From Euprymna scolopes (lineage: Eukaryota): a DNA stretch of 64,000 bases. Under the pieces are notes generated by a model. It saw only the letters and a program-made list of their open reading frames with translations, was not told where the DNA came from and did no database searches. The position numbers and the translations under genes were made by a program. The DNA lies in assembly GCA_053919585.1 (NCBI GenBank), contig CM132791.1; one strand, given 5' to 3'. Positions 51,450-63,293 of this stretch are shown one piece after another; the first letter of the stretch is position 1; each line of letters starts with the position of its first letter.

Positions 51450-51745
51450 TAAACAGATTATTGTTTGTTGCTATCCATGATGGCATGTTCCTGACCCGAT
51501 TAAACTGCTTTGAATTGAAATCGGCTTCCTTCAGTTTTCATGCACTGTCATCCATTGGAGAGTACTCTTATCCAGTGGCGAACAGTGTTGTTAACTGGAA
51601 GTTTTTACAGTGATTGGCAATAACTGATCATCAGTATTCTTTTCAAGATTTTGATTTCACTTTTTGATAGTAGCAGGTACTGGTGAACAATTCACCTGTT
51701 TTATTCGCCGCACACTATCATCCATGATTGTTATTGCATTCATAC

Positions 51746-51833
51746 AAAGGTTATTGTTGGTGTGTAGAATACTAAAAGGTTATTGTTGGTTTGTAGAATA
51801 CTAAAAGGTTATTGTTGGTTTGTAGAAAACTAA
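51746..51833. repeat. 29-bp minisatellite x3
   Basis: AAAGGTTATTGTTGGTTTGTAGAATACTA-type unit at 51746, 51775 and 51804. Confidence 0.95.
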
Positions 51834-51899
51834 CAATGTTCTTTCCAAAAGTAAAAGTCGCAGAGTGGCGCTAGAGCCTCTAATGATTAGCCTTCATTT

Positions 51900-52136
51900 T
51901 GCACAATTTTCTTAATTTATTTTAATTGTTAATCGCTTTATATCCGTGTAAGGTTGGTACAATAATAACGTCACCAACTTTGCATGCTACAGTTTCGGTT
52001 TCGATTCTAGCTGATGGCACCTAAGTACGTCATTTCTTGGCTTTTGAAATCACGACGAAATCTGCAAAAATTAAAATATCATATTTATACGTATTTTACG
52101 ACCGGGCAAAGCCAGACGCCCTCCCGCTAGCGCTAG
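51900..52136 (+). mobile_element. Helitron-like 3' end
   Basis: CCGGGCAAAGCCAG..CGCTAGCGCTAG|T, homologous to 42400-42475. The 5' boundary is uncertain. Confidence 0.55.
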
Positions 52137-53691
52137 TTATATATAAAAAGGAAAAATTGAAAAACAGAAGCGTGATAAAAATTTAAAAAAGTGAAGAGAA
52201 GAATAAAGACAAAGAAATAAAGTATGGGAAATAGCAGACAGAGGAGTTTATATATAAAGTAAAATGGCGGACGTAAAGAATCAACTCAAGGCCTTAATTT
52301 ACTCTTAGATATTAAACATTTCCCCTTTTAGTTATGTAATAAAAAGTAAGAAAAAGAAAAAACACATTCATTTCTGATTGTTTATCAAATCTTTTGTTGT
52401 TTTTTAGACTTTAATCCTTTTATAATCTTATTTAGAAGGCGTTTCTGAATATTCGCCTCAAACCCTAGATATTACATTTGATTACTTTTTTCTTCGCCGT
52501 TCTCGATAGGTGAGGGATAAAGACCTCCCAACACCTTCCCCCGACAAAAGAAACAAGTCTGGTTCTCAGTCAAAGTCTTACAAGTTTTAAATAACCCCAG
52601 TTTTTTTTTTTTTAATTTGGTTTTTAAACAGGGAAAAATGAACTAATTTTCATCAAATGTACTAATAAAATTGCTTCTGGTGAAAAATAAGAGAAGGAAA
52701 TAAAAAGAATAGAACTAAAACTGTCTATATTCGCTTAATATATGCATCATAATTACGAACGTGTCAGAATAATAGATTAAACCGCGTGTAATAATTAAAT
52801 GCCAACAGTATACAAAATAATGGGATGTCAACGTGCAGAATATTGGAATATAGGAATGTAGAAATCATTTTTTTTATTAGAAATATTTAATGAATTATAT
52901 TTGGAAGAATAACAATATGCGTATCCATTTAATACATCTATCGTTATTATGAATGTGACAGAATAGTAGAATACATAACACTGAATAATACAAGGAAAAC
53001 AATACATAAAAACACAGAATGTAAAGAGAGGGAAACATATATAATAGCGGCACGGAGAAATGATTTTTCTATTGGAAAAAAAATAGTGTTAATATGTAAT
53101 TATAAAATCCAAATAACAACATCGCATTTCGTCACAGGATAAAAAGAAAAAAAAAACTCAATTTCAGATCGGAAAAAATAGACGAGTCTCATACGCGAGC
53201 AACTTTCTTTTGTCTAATTGAACGCGTCTGGCGGTGAGATGGCGACCCCCAGGTTGGTGTCCCTCCCATACATCGGTTCTGACTGATACAGAGTATTATG
53301 CTTTTTATTTAGTACAGCGATATAGGAAAAAGAGCACGCAGCGGCGTAACTCATATGTGTAAAAAGGGGTGGATTTAAAGGATTAGCTTTAAGGGCCAAG
53401 AATGACCGAGATCTTTAGCGGAAGAAATACGTTTTTGTTTTGCCTTCACTTAATTGAAGACTGTGTATATAAAGACAAAGAAACATACATTATAGCCCTT
53501 GGTTGAAAGCATTGTTTTCACGTTACCCGCCACTAAGATCACTCGTTTAAATTAAATATAAGTTTCTGAATAACAAATCGTAAATTACCGCATCTCTTAT
53601 TCAAATAAAAAAAATACGTAATTTGCATTAAACAACGAGGATGGTTTATCTCTCTCTCTTCCCCCCTCTCTCTCTATTTCTCTTCCTGTAT

Positions 53692-53723
<32 letters not shown>

Positions 53724-54343
53724 GATAGATAGATAGATAGATAGATGGATAGTTGTGTGTGGGGGTGTTTGTGTATTTATAGATATGTAACTATCCGTTT
53801 GTTTGTAATCAATTGACTAAAAAAATACAGATCCGTTTGTCTTGATATTTTGCGACAACGTTTTTAGCTAATTCAATGTGCTTTTATATATTTAAAACGA
53901 GAAACATATTATTATTATTTCATTTTTTTTTTACTAAAATAGTTTGTTCTTGACCATAATCCTCTATTTTATTCAGTCGCAAATGCTAGCATAGTAAGAG
54001 CGCCGATTGGCTGAATCCCAGAAGCGGGGGATGCCAGGATTGCTATTGTCCATATGGGGACGAATAAAATACACGGGTTTTTAACTGGTCCGCGAAGTTC
54101 TCCTTCGGCGAATGGAACTGAAGAAAGACTGATGGCAGTTATTTAAGCAAACAAAAGTTGGTTTCAAAACAAGGATTAATGCGCTGACGTACACGAGTCG
54201 AACCCAAGTGCCAAATAGATTCCGGCTACACCATGCAGTTTCAAAATGGATTTTGTTTTTTGTTTGTTTTTTCTGAAGAATTTTTGATAACCACACCATG
54301 CGTTTCTTTAAGTTCTAGAAAAAACTCATAAAGGTCAACATTC

Positions 54344-55515
54344 TTTTTGAAGAAAAAATAGCTAAATTCAAGAAATTTGGCCTACATACATCGAGAGAAG
54401 TCGTAAATCGTATAGGGCTTTTCCGGGACATTGATCGTGGAGCAGAAATTTGAAGTAAACCAAGACGCGACGAACTTTAACAAAACGATTGCTGTTGTAA
54501 TTATTGTTTGAACATGTAATGCCTTTTGCGATTATCAAAAATTGTTGAATATAAAAAAGTCTGGGTAAATCAATTTTAAAACAACATAGGTGGCACGTTC
54601 AACATTGTAGCCGATATCAATTTGGCAATGGGAATCAGATTGGTGTACGTTAGTCGATTAATGTTTCCTTTTTACCGTAAATTTGTCCAGATTATTTTTT
54701 TTTATTTTTTTGTTTTTTGTCCAAGAAAAGTTTATTTAAGAAAATTGGCAATAAACGTTTTTCGGCGTTCCATTTTCAAATAGGCACCGGCTACAATGTT
54801 GCACGTACTATCCATGCTATCTCTAAATGAATTTTGCCATAATGTGTTTATTTGCAGAATATTTATAACAGCATTATATATTTCTTTAATTAATACGTTT
54901 TATACATTTTGTTCTTTTATTTTTAGAATGATACACTTTTCCAATCGACTTTTATACTAAAGCATTTATGTTACCGTTCTGAAAATGTATGGTTATTGTT
55001 TTTGTTTTCATTTTTCTTTGCTTGTTATATAATGCAACAGTACATTCCTCGCCAGAAGGCACGTTTTGAGGGGATAGCTATAAAATTGTTATATAAAAAA
55101 ATTGCTATTTTTATAAAGTAAAATAATACGAGAAGTGCAAAATTCAAGTAAAAAAAAAAAAACAAATAAATACACACACAAAGCCAAACTTTTTGAAAAA
55201 GAAAACAGCTAAATTCATGAAAATTGGCCTAAAAACTCGAGAGTATATGTTAACTGGAGAGGTCTTTCCCAGTGCACTGATAGTGTAGCAGAAATTGGAA
55301 ATATATAAATACATGCAGACCTTTAACAAAACCGTTTCTGTTGTAATCATTGCTTTAACATGTAATGTATTCTGCGTTTATCAAAATTTCTTAAATATTA
55401 AACAGTGTGGTAGAACTCATTTAAAAACCACATGGACGCCGCGTTCACCATTGTAGCCGATATCTTTTTGGCAATGGGTGGCCGGTTCGCATACTTTAGT
55501 GATTAATGTGTTCCT
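54344..55515. repeat. Diverged ~325-bp direct repeats (54344-54669 and 55189-55515) with an inverted partial copy (~54745-54830)
   Basis: AGCTAAATTCA.GAAA.TTGGCCTA...CTTTAACAAAAC...CATTGTAGCCGATATC..TTTGGCAATGGG occurs twice. CGGCTACAATGTTGCACGT is the reverse complement of the same segment. Confidence 0.8.
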
Positions 55516-56201
55516 CACTGAAACACTAACAGAAAATTACATTTGTTGGAAGAAAAACAGCATCAAAACTCGATTTAGCGTTTCAACACTTAAATAGTGC
55601 TCGCCTTAATTCGCTGATTACTAGTCGAGCCCAAGACATGGCTGGTGGGAACTGTTGAGAATACGGGTCGAAATCTGCAAGAATACCATTTTTTTTTTCA
55701 ATTTCGTCTTTCTTTTATATTTTTGGATCGGATAATTTGCGATTGCTGTACTAAGAATATAAGAAATAAAAGGAACATATCCTTGGATCTTTCCTATTTC
55801 TCAAAAGACAATCAAGTTTTCTGCACCATATTGGTTTGTTGTCGAATTGCAACATTTTCTGTCCTTCTGAAAACCTATATTGGATCGATATGCACAACGT
55901 TACCTCTGTAAAGGCGGTTATGTTTGCGATTTAATTCATGTGTTTGTTACTATATGTGGAAGTTCACCTACAGCGTACGACACTGAGCGCTTGAACAATC
56001 GTAATCATACCTTTCGACATCTGTCATGGTCTAACGAAGAACTGATTCAATATGTATGTAGATCAGGATTCAACGGTAAGATAATAGGAAAGGCTAAAGT
56101 CGCGTTTCTTTTTACTAGAACTACGATCTCTTTAAGGATACAGGCTCTTGACTTTATCCATTTTGAGACAATAAAATTCCGCATTATATCACACATGGAT
56201 T

Positions 56202-56605
56202 GGTAATCTCCAAAAATGACGTTAGGGCTTACAACATGGCCGCCAGAAGAGTCACGTGATCCGGTTGATCCAAAACATGAATCGTGCAAATGGAAAACGC
56301 AGCCTTGAAGGCAAACTTTGACAAGCAATCACAATTTGGGTAATCTCCAAACACTGTTTTAAAAAACAAACAAACTGTGATTGTTTCTCAACAAAAAATT
56401 AAATGACCGTTCTAAATAAATTATTTATTATTATGATATTGAAAAACTGTTTTTGTACTTAATTATTATGCTTGTTTGTCAAAGTTTGCTTTAAATTTGC
56501 GTTTTCCGGTTTCGTAATACGGCGATTCATGTTTTGGATCAACCGGATCACGTGACTCTTCTGGCGGCCATGTTGTAAGCCCTAACGGTATTTATGGAGA
56601 TTACC
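56202..56605. mobile_element. Merlin-superfamily-type MITE (404 bp) with perfect 8-bp TSD
   Basis: CATGGATT|GGTAATCTCC ... GGAGATTACC|CATGGATT (TSD at 56194-56201 and 56606-56613). TIRs are near-perfect over ~83 bp and imperfect to ~130 bp. GGTAA termini and an 8-bp TSD fit Merlin/IS1595 hallmarks. Confidence 0.8.
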
Positions 56606-57758
56606 CATGGATTTTATATTAGATACTTTAAAATTTGATATTAGTACGACAGTCACACGTAATCATAATTTTCCGTATTTACAAGTACGAATTTTGAATC
56701 TTTTGCTTTTTGGTAAAAAATGTCAGCACTAGGAAAAAAAAATTCTTGAGTTTTCATGTTTGCTACGTCACGACGACGAAGATATCTTCATAAAAAACTA
56801 TAAATATAGGTAAAAGTTAAGACTTTGTTCCATCCCTAAGTTTCTGGGCGTAGATATTCATTCTTACCACGGGCGAATATTTTCGTTGTTTACTTTATTT
56901 TCCTCATCCTAGCTATTAATTTGTTTAATGGTATCTAGCCTTTGTACGTTCTCATTAAGTGGAATTAATTCTGTTTTGTTCCCATATCGTTCCTAAGCAC
57001 AGCAAAAGCATTACTCTTCATATGTCCTAGCCCCAGGAAAGGTAATGAATAAAATATCTGATACATATACTGCACATATCAAATCGAAGATTTATTTGGC
57101 TTTATCTGTTTCTTTATTAAAATCCTCTAACAAACTAATCAATTCGTATATATAAACTTTTACACATATATTCTAGGAAACACGATTATAAGTAGACGTA
57201 GTATCGCATTTAATACGATATGGGGGCCAATAATTATAAACAATAGATAATATATACAAGTANNNNNNNNNNNNNNNNNNNNNNNNNNNNNNNNNNNNNN
57301 NNNNNNNNNNNNNNNNNNNNNNNNNNNNNNNNNNNNNNNNNNNNNNNNNNNNNNNNNNNNNNNNNNNNNNNNNNNNNNNNNNNNNNNNNNNNNNNNNNNN
57401 NNNNNNNNNNNNNNNNNNNNNNNNNNNNNNNNNNNNNNNNNNNNNNNNNNNNNNNNNNNNNNNNNNNNNNNNNNNNNNNNNNNNNNNNATGGTGATATTT
57501 ATAACTAGAAATAAAATATGTTTAAGGCTCTTAGAATTCAGACTAGATTTATCCGGAATGACTCGCTGCGCCGCAGTTGAAGAAATTGAGACAATCGATT
57601 GTAAAATGTGCTATTCTCGCCATGGTTGAAGGTTCAATCCTTAGTGTAAGGAACCAAAAAAAAAACAATCAGTCATGACTGAGAGAAACCGCTACACCGT
57701 GAAGTAAATAAAGGGGTTCGCTCAAAATCCCTTCCAAATTCCCGAGTTCGACAGAATA

Positions 57759-57800
57759 CACCTGAAGAAGGCCGGAAGTTACATCGACCGAAACGTTGTT
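57759..57800 (+). ncRNA. Minimal hammerhead ribozyme-like motif (Penelope type) within a dispersed short repeat (~57700-57840)
   Basis: CAC-CTGAAGA-A-GGCCGG..TCGACC-GAAA-CG-TT-GTT: core CUGAAGA/GAAA, stem II with one mismatch, palindromic AACGTT stem III and a short stem I. A related copy is at 27465-27590. Confidence 0.5.
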
Positions 57801-57844
57801 AAAATTACAATCAAGACGACAACAGTGTCTGATGAACCAAAATA

Positions 57845-57910
<66 letters not shown>

Positions 57911-57912
<2 letters not shown>

Positions 57913-58900
57913 TCGTGAGCAAAAAAATGGTCCAAGCAAATTTTATACATTTTATAGCACTAAAAGCTATATTGTACAAAACACAATTGAACAAGGAAAC
58001 TTAAACGAGACTAATAACACAAGACAAGACGTTCACTTTAATAAATGCATAGGATGGAATCGCATTCCGTTTTGAGTTCTTTAAAAGATCAACCCTTTTA
58101 GACATGCTCTCAAACAAAGTGAAACACTATTCCATTCGCTTTGCACAGCTTCCCACAGTTTGCCATTGTTCTCAAAAGTTCTTTCGGCCAATGTCCGAGA
58201 TATTATGGACCAAATATTCTCGATTGGGTTTAAATTGGGACTTTTACCTGGCCAAAATATCACATCAATTGAATTTTCAGAAAACCATTTTTTGTGACTT
58301 TAGCAGTGTGTGCAGGGCCATTATAATGTTGAAAAATAATGTTCTAATATTCCCAGCATCTGGATACTTGGTAACAGTCCTGTTTCTAATATTTGAATAT
58401 ATTCCTTTGCATTGATTTTCTTCTCACATCAACTAAGTTCCCCAACTTCTGCTGCAGTAAAAGTTCCCCATACAATTATATTTCCATTTCCGTGTTTAAA
58501 TGTCGTTTCTATGCAACTTGGCAGTCATCTTTATCCATTTCTTCGATTGCACCGTTCGGTAGCATCGGGAGCATCACTAACAAGAAAAAATCTTGATTCA
58601 TCTTACCAGAAAACATTCCTGAACCGGTCTGTATCGTTCTTGCCATAACACGAACAAGAATATCTTTCTATCGTTGATGTTCTTCTTAGATAAAAAAATG
58701 CTTCTTTGCACACCTTCAAGAGTACAATCCCATTTCTCCCATTCTTCTAGATAGAAAGAGAATTCCCAGCCCCTGTTTTGAATTATTAGCAACATAAGTT
58801 TTCTTTCAATCCTTCAAAACAGTCAATTTGAGCCTGTGGTCGTCCATCAAAGCCGATGCTCTAGGGCCCGATAATATTTCTGGTAACTTCCGTGTCCACT
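57911..58900 (-). mobile_element. Degraded Tc1-family transposon (different family from 25661-27296)
   Basis: WPGKSPNLNPIENIWSII...LWEAVQSEW (58081-58263) and FQHYNGPAHTAK (QDNAPAH relic, ~58300-58335), with many stops and frameshifts. The end ACTCGTGAGCAAAA abuts (TA)n. Confidence 0.85.
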
Positions 58901-58936
58901 ACTCTCGAATTACAAGATAAGTAAAACAAAAAAAGT

Positions 58937-61080
58937 TACTCATGCAGACAGTGATCCGTGCTGAAATAATAACGTTATTATTAAAAAGGGCATTCTTTAC
59001 ATGGGGAAGGGAGGGGGTGTTGTACCTATTCTGTACTTTAACCTTACAATTGAGTAAAAACATATAAAACTTTAATTAAACGCGGAAATACGATTTAAAA
59101 AAATAGTGCGGATCACTCTCTGCATTAGCACAAAAAAATCCCATATTTAAAAAATTTAAATTAATTTATGTATTTACCATTTTTTATATTTTAAATACCT
59201 TTATTTATGTTAAGGCTTTTCACTCATGAAACATTACGTTTTAATTGTTTAGTTTCTTTTTTTTTTTGTTTACATAAAAAAGTTGGTTTTAACTTTTTCT
59301 AAACTTTTTAATTTTTACGACATGCCTCAACGTATTATATACACCCTAACCTCCCCATGTTAAAAAAACACGCCCTTCTATAAACCTCAAAAGCCGTTCT
59401 TAATATGGGGAGATTGGGGGGTGTTCATTCCGAAAGCCGTTTTAACATATGGAAGTTAGGGTGTTTATAATATGCTGGGGCGAGTCGTAAAATTAACAAA
59501 GTTACTATCTATTATTTATTGTAAAAATTGCTTGAAATTTATTTATTTGACAAAAAAAAAAAAATACAATTTGGTACTCCCTTAGTCGCTACCCCACCCC
59601 GCACATAACATCTTTTATTTACTGACGTTGCCGTAACTAAACGATTATTTGTCACATTTACGAACATTTATTTATTTATTTTGAGAAACATTTTTACTTT
59701 TTATTAATATGAAAAGAAAAATGGGTACTCGTGCAGAGAGTGATCCGTGTTGAAATAATAATGTTATTATTTAAAAAGCCATTCTTTATATGGGGAGGGG
59801 AGGGTGTTTTGTACCTAATCTGTACTTTAATATTGCAATTGAATTAAAAAAAACATAAAACTTTAATTAAACGTGGAAATACGATTTAAAAAATAGCACG
59901 GATCACTCTCTGTATTAGCAACGAAAAATATTACTAAACTTTTATTAATAATTTCTCACTTTTACAAACATTTGATTTTAAATTTCTTTTTAAATGACGA
60001 CTTTCTTTTTTAATAGTATTTGCGGATGGGTATGTTGACAACAACCCCCCCAACGGTGTTTATTCCGAAATCCGTTGTTAACATGGAGAGTTTGAGGGTG
60101 TTTATTCTGAAAGCCGTTCTTAACATTTGTGGAGGTGGACCTAATATAAAAAAAATAAATAAATAAAAAACTAAATCATTTACTGATAACTTCTCACTTT
60201 TACAAATATTTTTTTATTTACATGTTCGGATAAACAAATTGTGGAATAGTTCGAAAACAAAACGTTTTTGGTAATACACTTCGGGATAGTTTTTTGGGTA
60301 AATATTTACATTTACGTCCACCTCCACAATTTTCTTTTTTAAATGACGACTTTTATTGATAAATAAATTTACTTCTCCGCAACGTTCATTGATAAATAAA
60401 TCTACTTCTCTGTAACCGGCACTGAATCCCTCCCCTTATTTTAATGGTATTTCCGGGTGGTATGCTGACAACAAATATCAGTTAAATTTTGCAAATAGCC
60501 CCCCCCTCCAAAAGTGGTGTTTGTTCCGGAAGCTGTTCTACAGATGAGGATGTTGGTATGATTATAAGGTGGACCTAATCTAAAAATAAAACAAAAAATA
60601 GGGCAAGTTTTTTAAATGATTAAAATAATTTCTCACTTTTACAAACATTTTTACATGCGCACATAAGCAACTATTTTTTTATTAACTTTTGTTTACTATT
60701 TTGTCTAAAAATTATTAGATTTCAATGAATAGAATAATAAATTAGTTATCATTAATATGTGTTTTTGGTTTTGTGTTGAATGAAACTTTTTTTTCATTAC
60801 AACAATAATGAACCAATTTAAATCTTTCGGCATGCGTTTAAGGGTTACGAAATTATCAATAAATCGTTTAGTTACTAAGCCAACCTCAATAAATAAAAAA
60901 ATATTACGTGCGCATGCATTAGCCTTGACTAAGGGGATCTAAGGGGGCGACCATTAAATAATTATGTTGGTCGCCATCGAACTCAACGCCCAAGCAGTAC
61001 ATAAAGTGGTACTTATGCACTTATGTCGTGCTATTTTTTAAAATAGTATTTTCATGTTGAATTCAAATTTTACAAAATCT
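58937..61080. repeat. Complex modular repeat: two ~195-bp units with inverted ends (58937-59130, 59726-59920), recurring sub-motifs and an inverted partial unit near 61020-61080
   Basis: TACTC.TGCAGA.AGTGATCCGTG...CGGATCACTCTCTG.ATTAGCA occurs twice. TTCTCACTTTTACAAA at ~59953, 60191 and 60630; AAAGCCGTT repeated at ~59390, 59433 and 60110. Confidence 0.75.
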
Positions 61081-61679
61081 TTTTCTTTTATTAATTTGTT
61101 AGGTGAAAGTACATATAACCAAGTCGGTTTCTAATGCGCGGAAAATCTAGCCTCCCCCCCCCAAAAAAAAGGGTTACTCTGGATAGTAACAAAAAATTAA
61201 AATTGCCTCAGTCTCGAAGGATTTCTTCTCTACTGAACGAGGAAAAAAACGGTGAAGTGTAGTTCGCCTGTTTCTCTCCCCCTCTCTCTTCCTCTCTTAA
61301 TATCTCTCTATCCATCTCTCCCTTTCCTTCTCTGAATCAATCTTTCTCTCTATATCACCCTCTCCATCTGTCTTTGGACCCCTTTCTCTCTCTAACTCCC
61401 TCTATCTCTCTCCTTTCCTCTGTCTCATCCCTCTCTGTTTCTAACACTCCCCATCTCTCTTTATCTATCAACCCCTTTATCTCTCCTTCTCTTTCTCTAT
61501 TTTCATCTCACTTTCTCTTTTCTATCTATATATATATTCTACTCTATCTGTCCATCTCTAATCCCTCATCCTATTTTTGTCTCCTAAATTAATTACAGTG
61601 AATAAGGCGTTGTAAAACATGGATAAATCCTATTTTAGTCACCTAATTTACTGATTGTGAGAATAGAAGTTATTGTGAG

Positions 61680-62705
61680 AGTACTGCTACCTTGAACAGC
61701 ACCATAAGTAACTGTTAAAACCTTTATAATTAAATTGATTTTTGCAGCAATTTGGTAACAAAATGACATAGCTTTAGCCCTTGCTGCATGAGGAATACCT
61801 GCGACCTTGCTGCCAAATAGAAGAATTATTTATTCTACTTTAAAACATTCAATTTTTTAAAAATCTCATGTTCGACATCTCCAAAATATCCAATATGGGG
61901 AAAAATATTGCAGAAATGCAAACTTATTGTTAAGGATGAATGCACAATGGAACTCAAAAAATCACTTGAGGCTCTTGGTCGATCCTTGCAAGATTTGCGT
62001 GGCAATTTCAGACCATTTGGGAATGCAGTAATATTGCTTGCAGAAGACAAATGTTACCTGTTATTCTTCAATCAACATCAGCAGATGAAATAAATGCTTG
62101 TCTCAAATACTCTGCTTTTTTGTTCCATGTGAAGACATTAAACTTAACTCAAAATATGCATGTACAGTTGCAGACTGTCTGATCCGCACAAAAATGTTTG
62201 CATCATTTGTGGGAAATTGGGTACGAAAAAGTGCCAGCTGATCAGAGTTAAGGGTAAAATTCTTTGACTTTTAACTGCTGTAATTTCTGTAATTTTATTT
62301 CATCAAAAGAACAGTTAGTTTAAAATGTTTTTGCAGATATTCAAATTATAAGAATTCCACTTGACTGAGTGAATGAGCTATTCTTGCAGGTCAATACAAA
62401 GACGCCCATGAACTTAACGTTATTATTCAATGTAAAATTCCAAGTGAGGTAGTCAAATACAAATCCATCGACACTGTTGTGAAAGCAGATAAAGTGGTTA
62501 ATTATCTAACAGCTATATTTGCCATGGATGCCACCGCATGTATTGCAACTGAAATTTGGTGTACTAATTATCATGTTGTGAAATATAAACCAATCCAAGC
62601 TTTGTTTTTATTCACATGGACAATTTATGTTACGTATTCAAGAGTTACCAAACCAGAAATTCTCTATATCAGCTAAGAAAATGGAACAAAATAAACTGTG
62701 TACCC
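61680..62705 (+). pseudogene. Helitron Rep/Hel Pif1-type helicase, C-terminal relic
   Basis: IALALAA*GIPATLLP (~61768-61817), QKCKLIVKDECTM..KKSLEALGRSLQDLRGN.RPFGN..ILLA(G)D, ADEINACLK, YKSIDTV, MPPHVLQLKFG and an HGQ motif VI relic, with many stops. Confidence 0.9.
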
Positions 62706-62781
62706 ATGCAAAATTGAAAATTAAACCTATAAGAAACATGCTTTTTCTCATTTTGGAAAGTTTTCCATTACGCCAACTTGA

Positions 62782-62810
62782 GCCACAGCAAAGCGTGGCA
62801 GGGTAAGCTA

Positions 62811-62811
<1 letters not shown>
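62782..62811 (+). mobile_element. Helitron 3' terminus (hairpin + CTAG)
   Basis: GCCACAGC-AAA-GCGTGGC hairpin, 8-nt spacer, then CTAG|T followed by (TA)n, about 80 bp after the helicase relic. Confidence 0.9.
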
Positions 62812-62877
<66 letters not shown>

Positions 62878-63254
62878 GTCAGCGCCATACAGTACTGTTT
62901 CCTCGTAACAAAAACCATAAGCGGGGATTGGACTAGCACCTCTCCAAAACTTGAATTAGACCCATCACGTTGATAGCCGGCAGTTCTACCCATCGACCAA
63001 AAATAATGTTGAAGGATGGGATTCAGGTAAAAAATTTTTCCATGTTTTTTCCACATTAGGAAATTGTACTCCATTCCGTTCATTTTTAAAGTGTTTTTTT
63101 CCTTTATACGTCCGACGTAAGGCTGTCCGTGTGAACATTTTAAAACGACATAATGTTTGAATTTTTCCGAATATTCTTGAAACAATTGTAACTAACGGGA
63201 AATGCACTATTTGATGCTATCAGTCTATTCTTTGATGTCTTGATTTTGTTAAAA

Positions 63255-63293
<39 letters not shown>

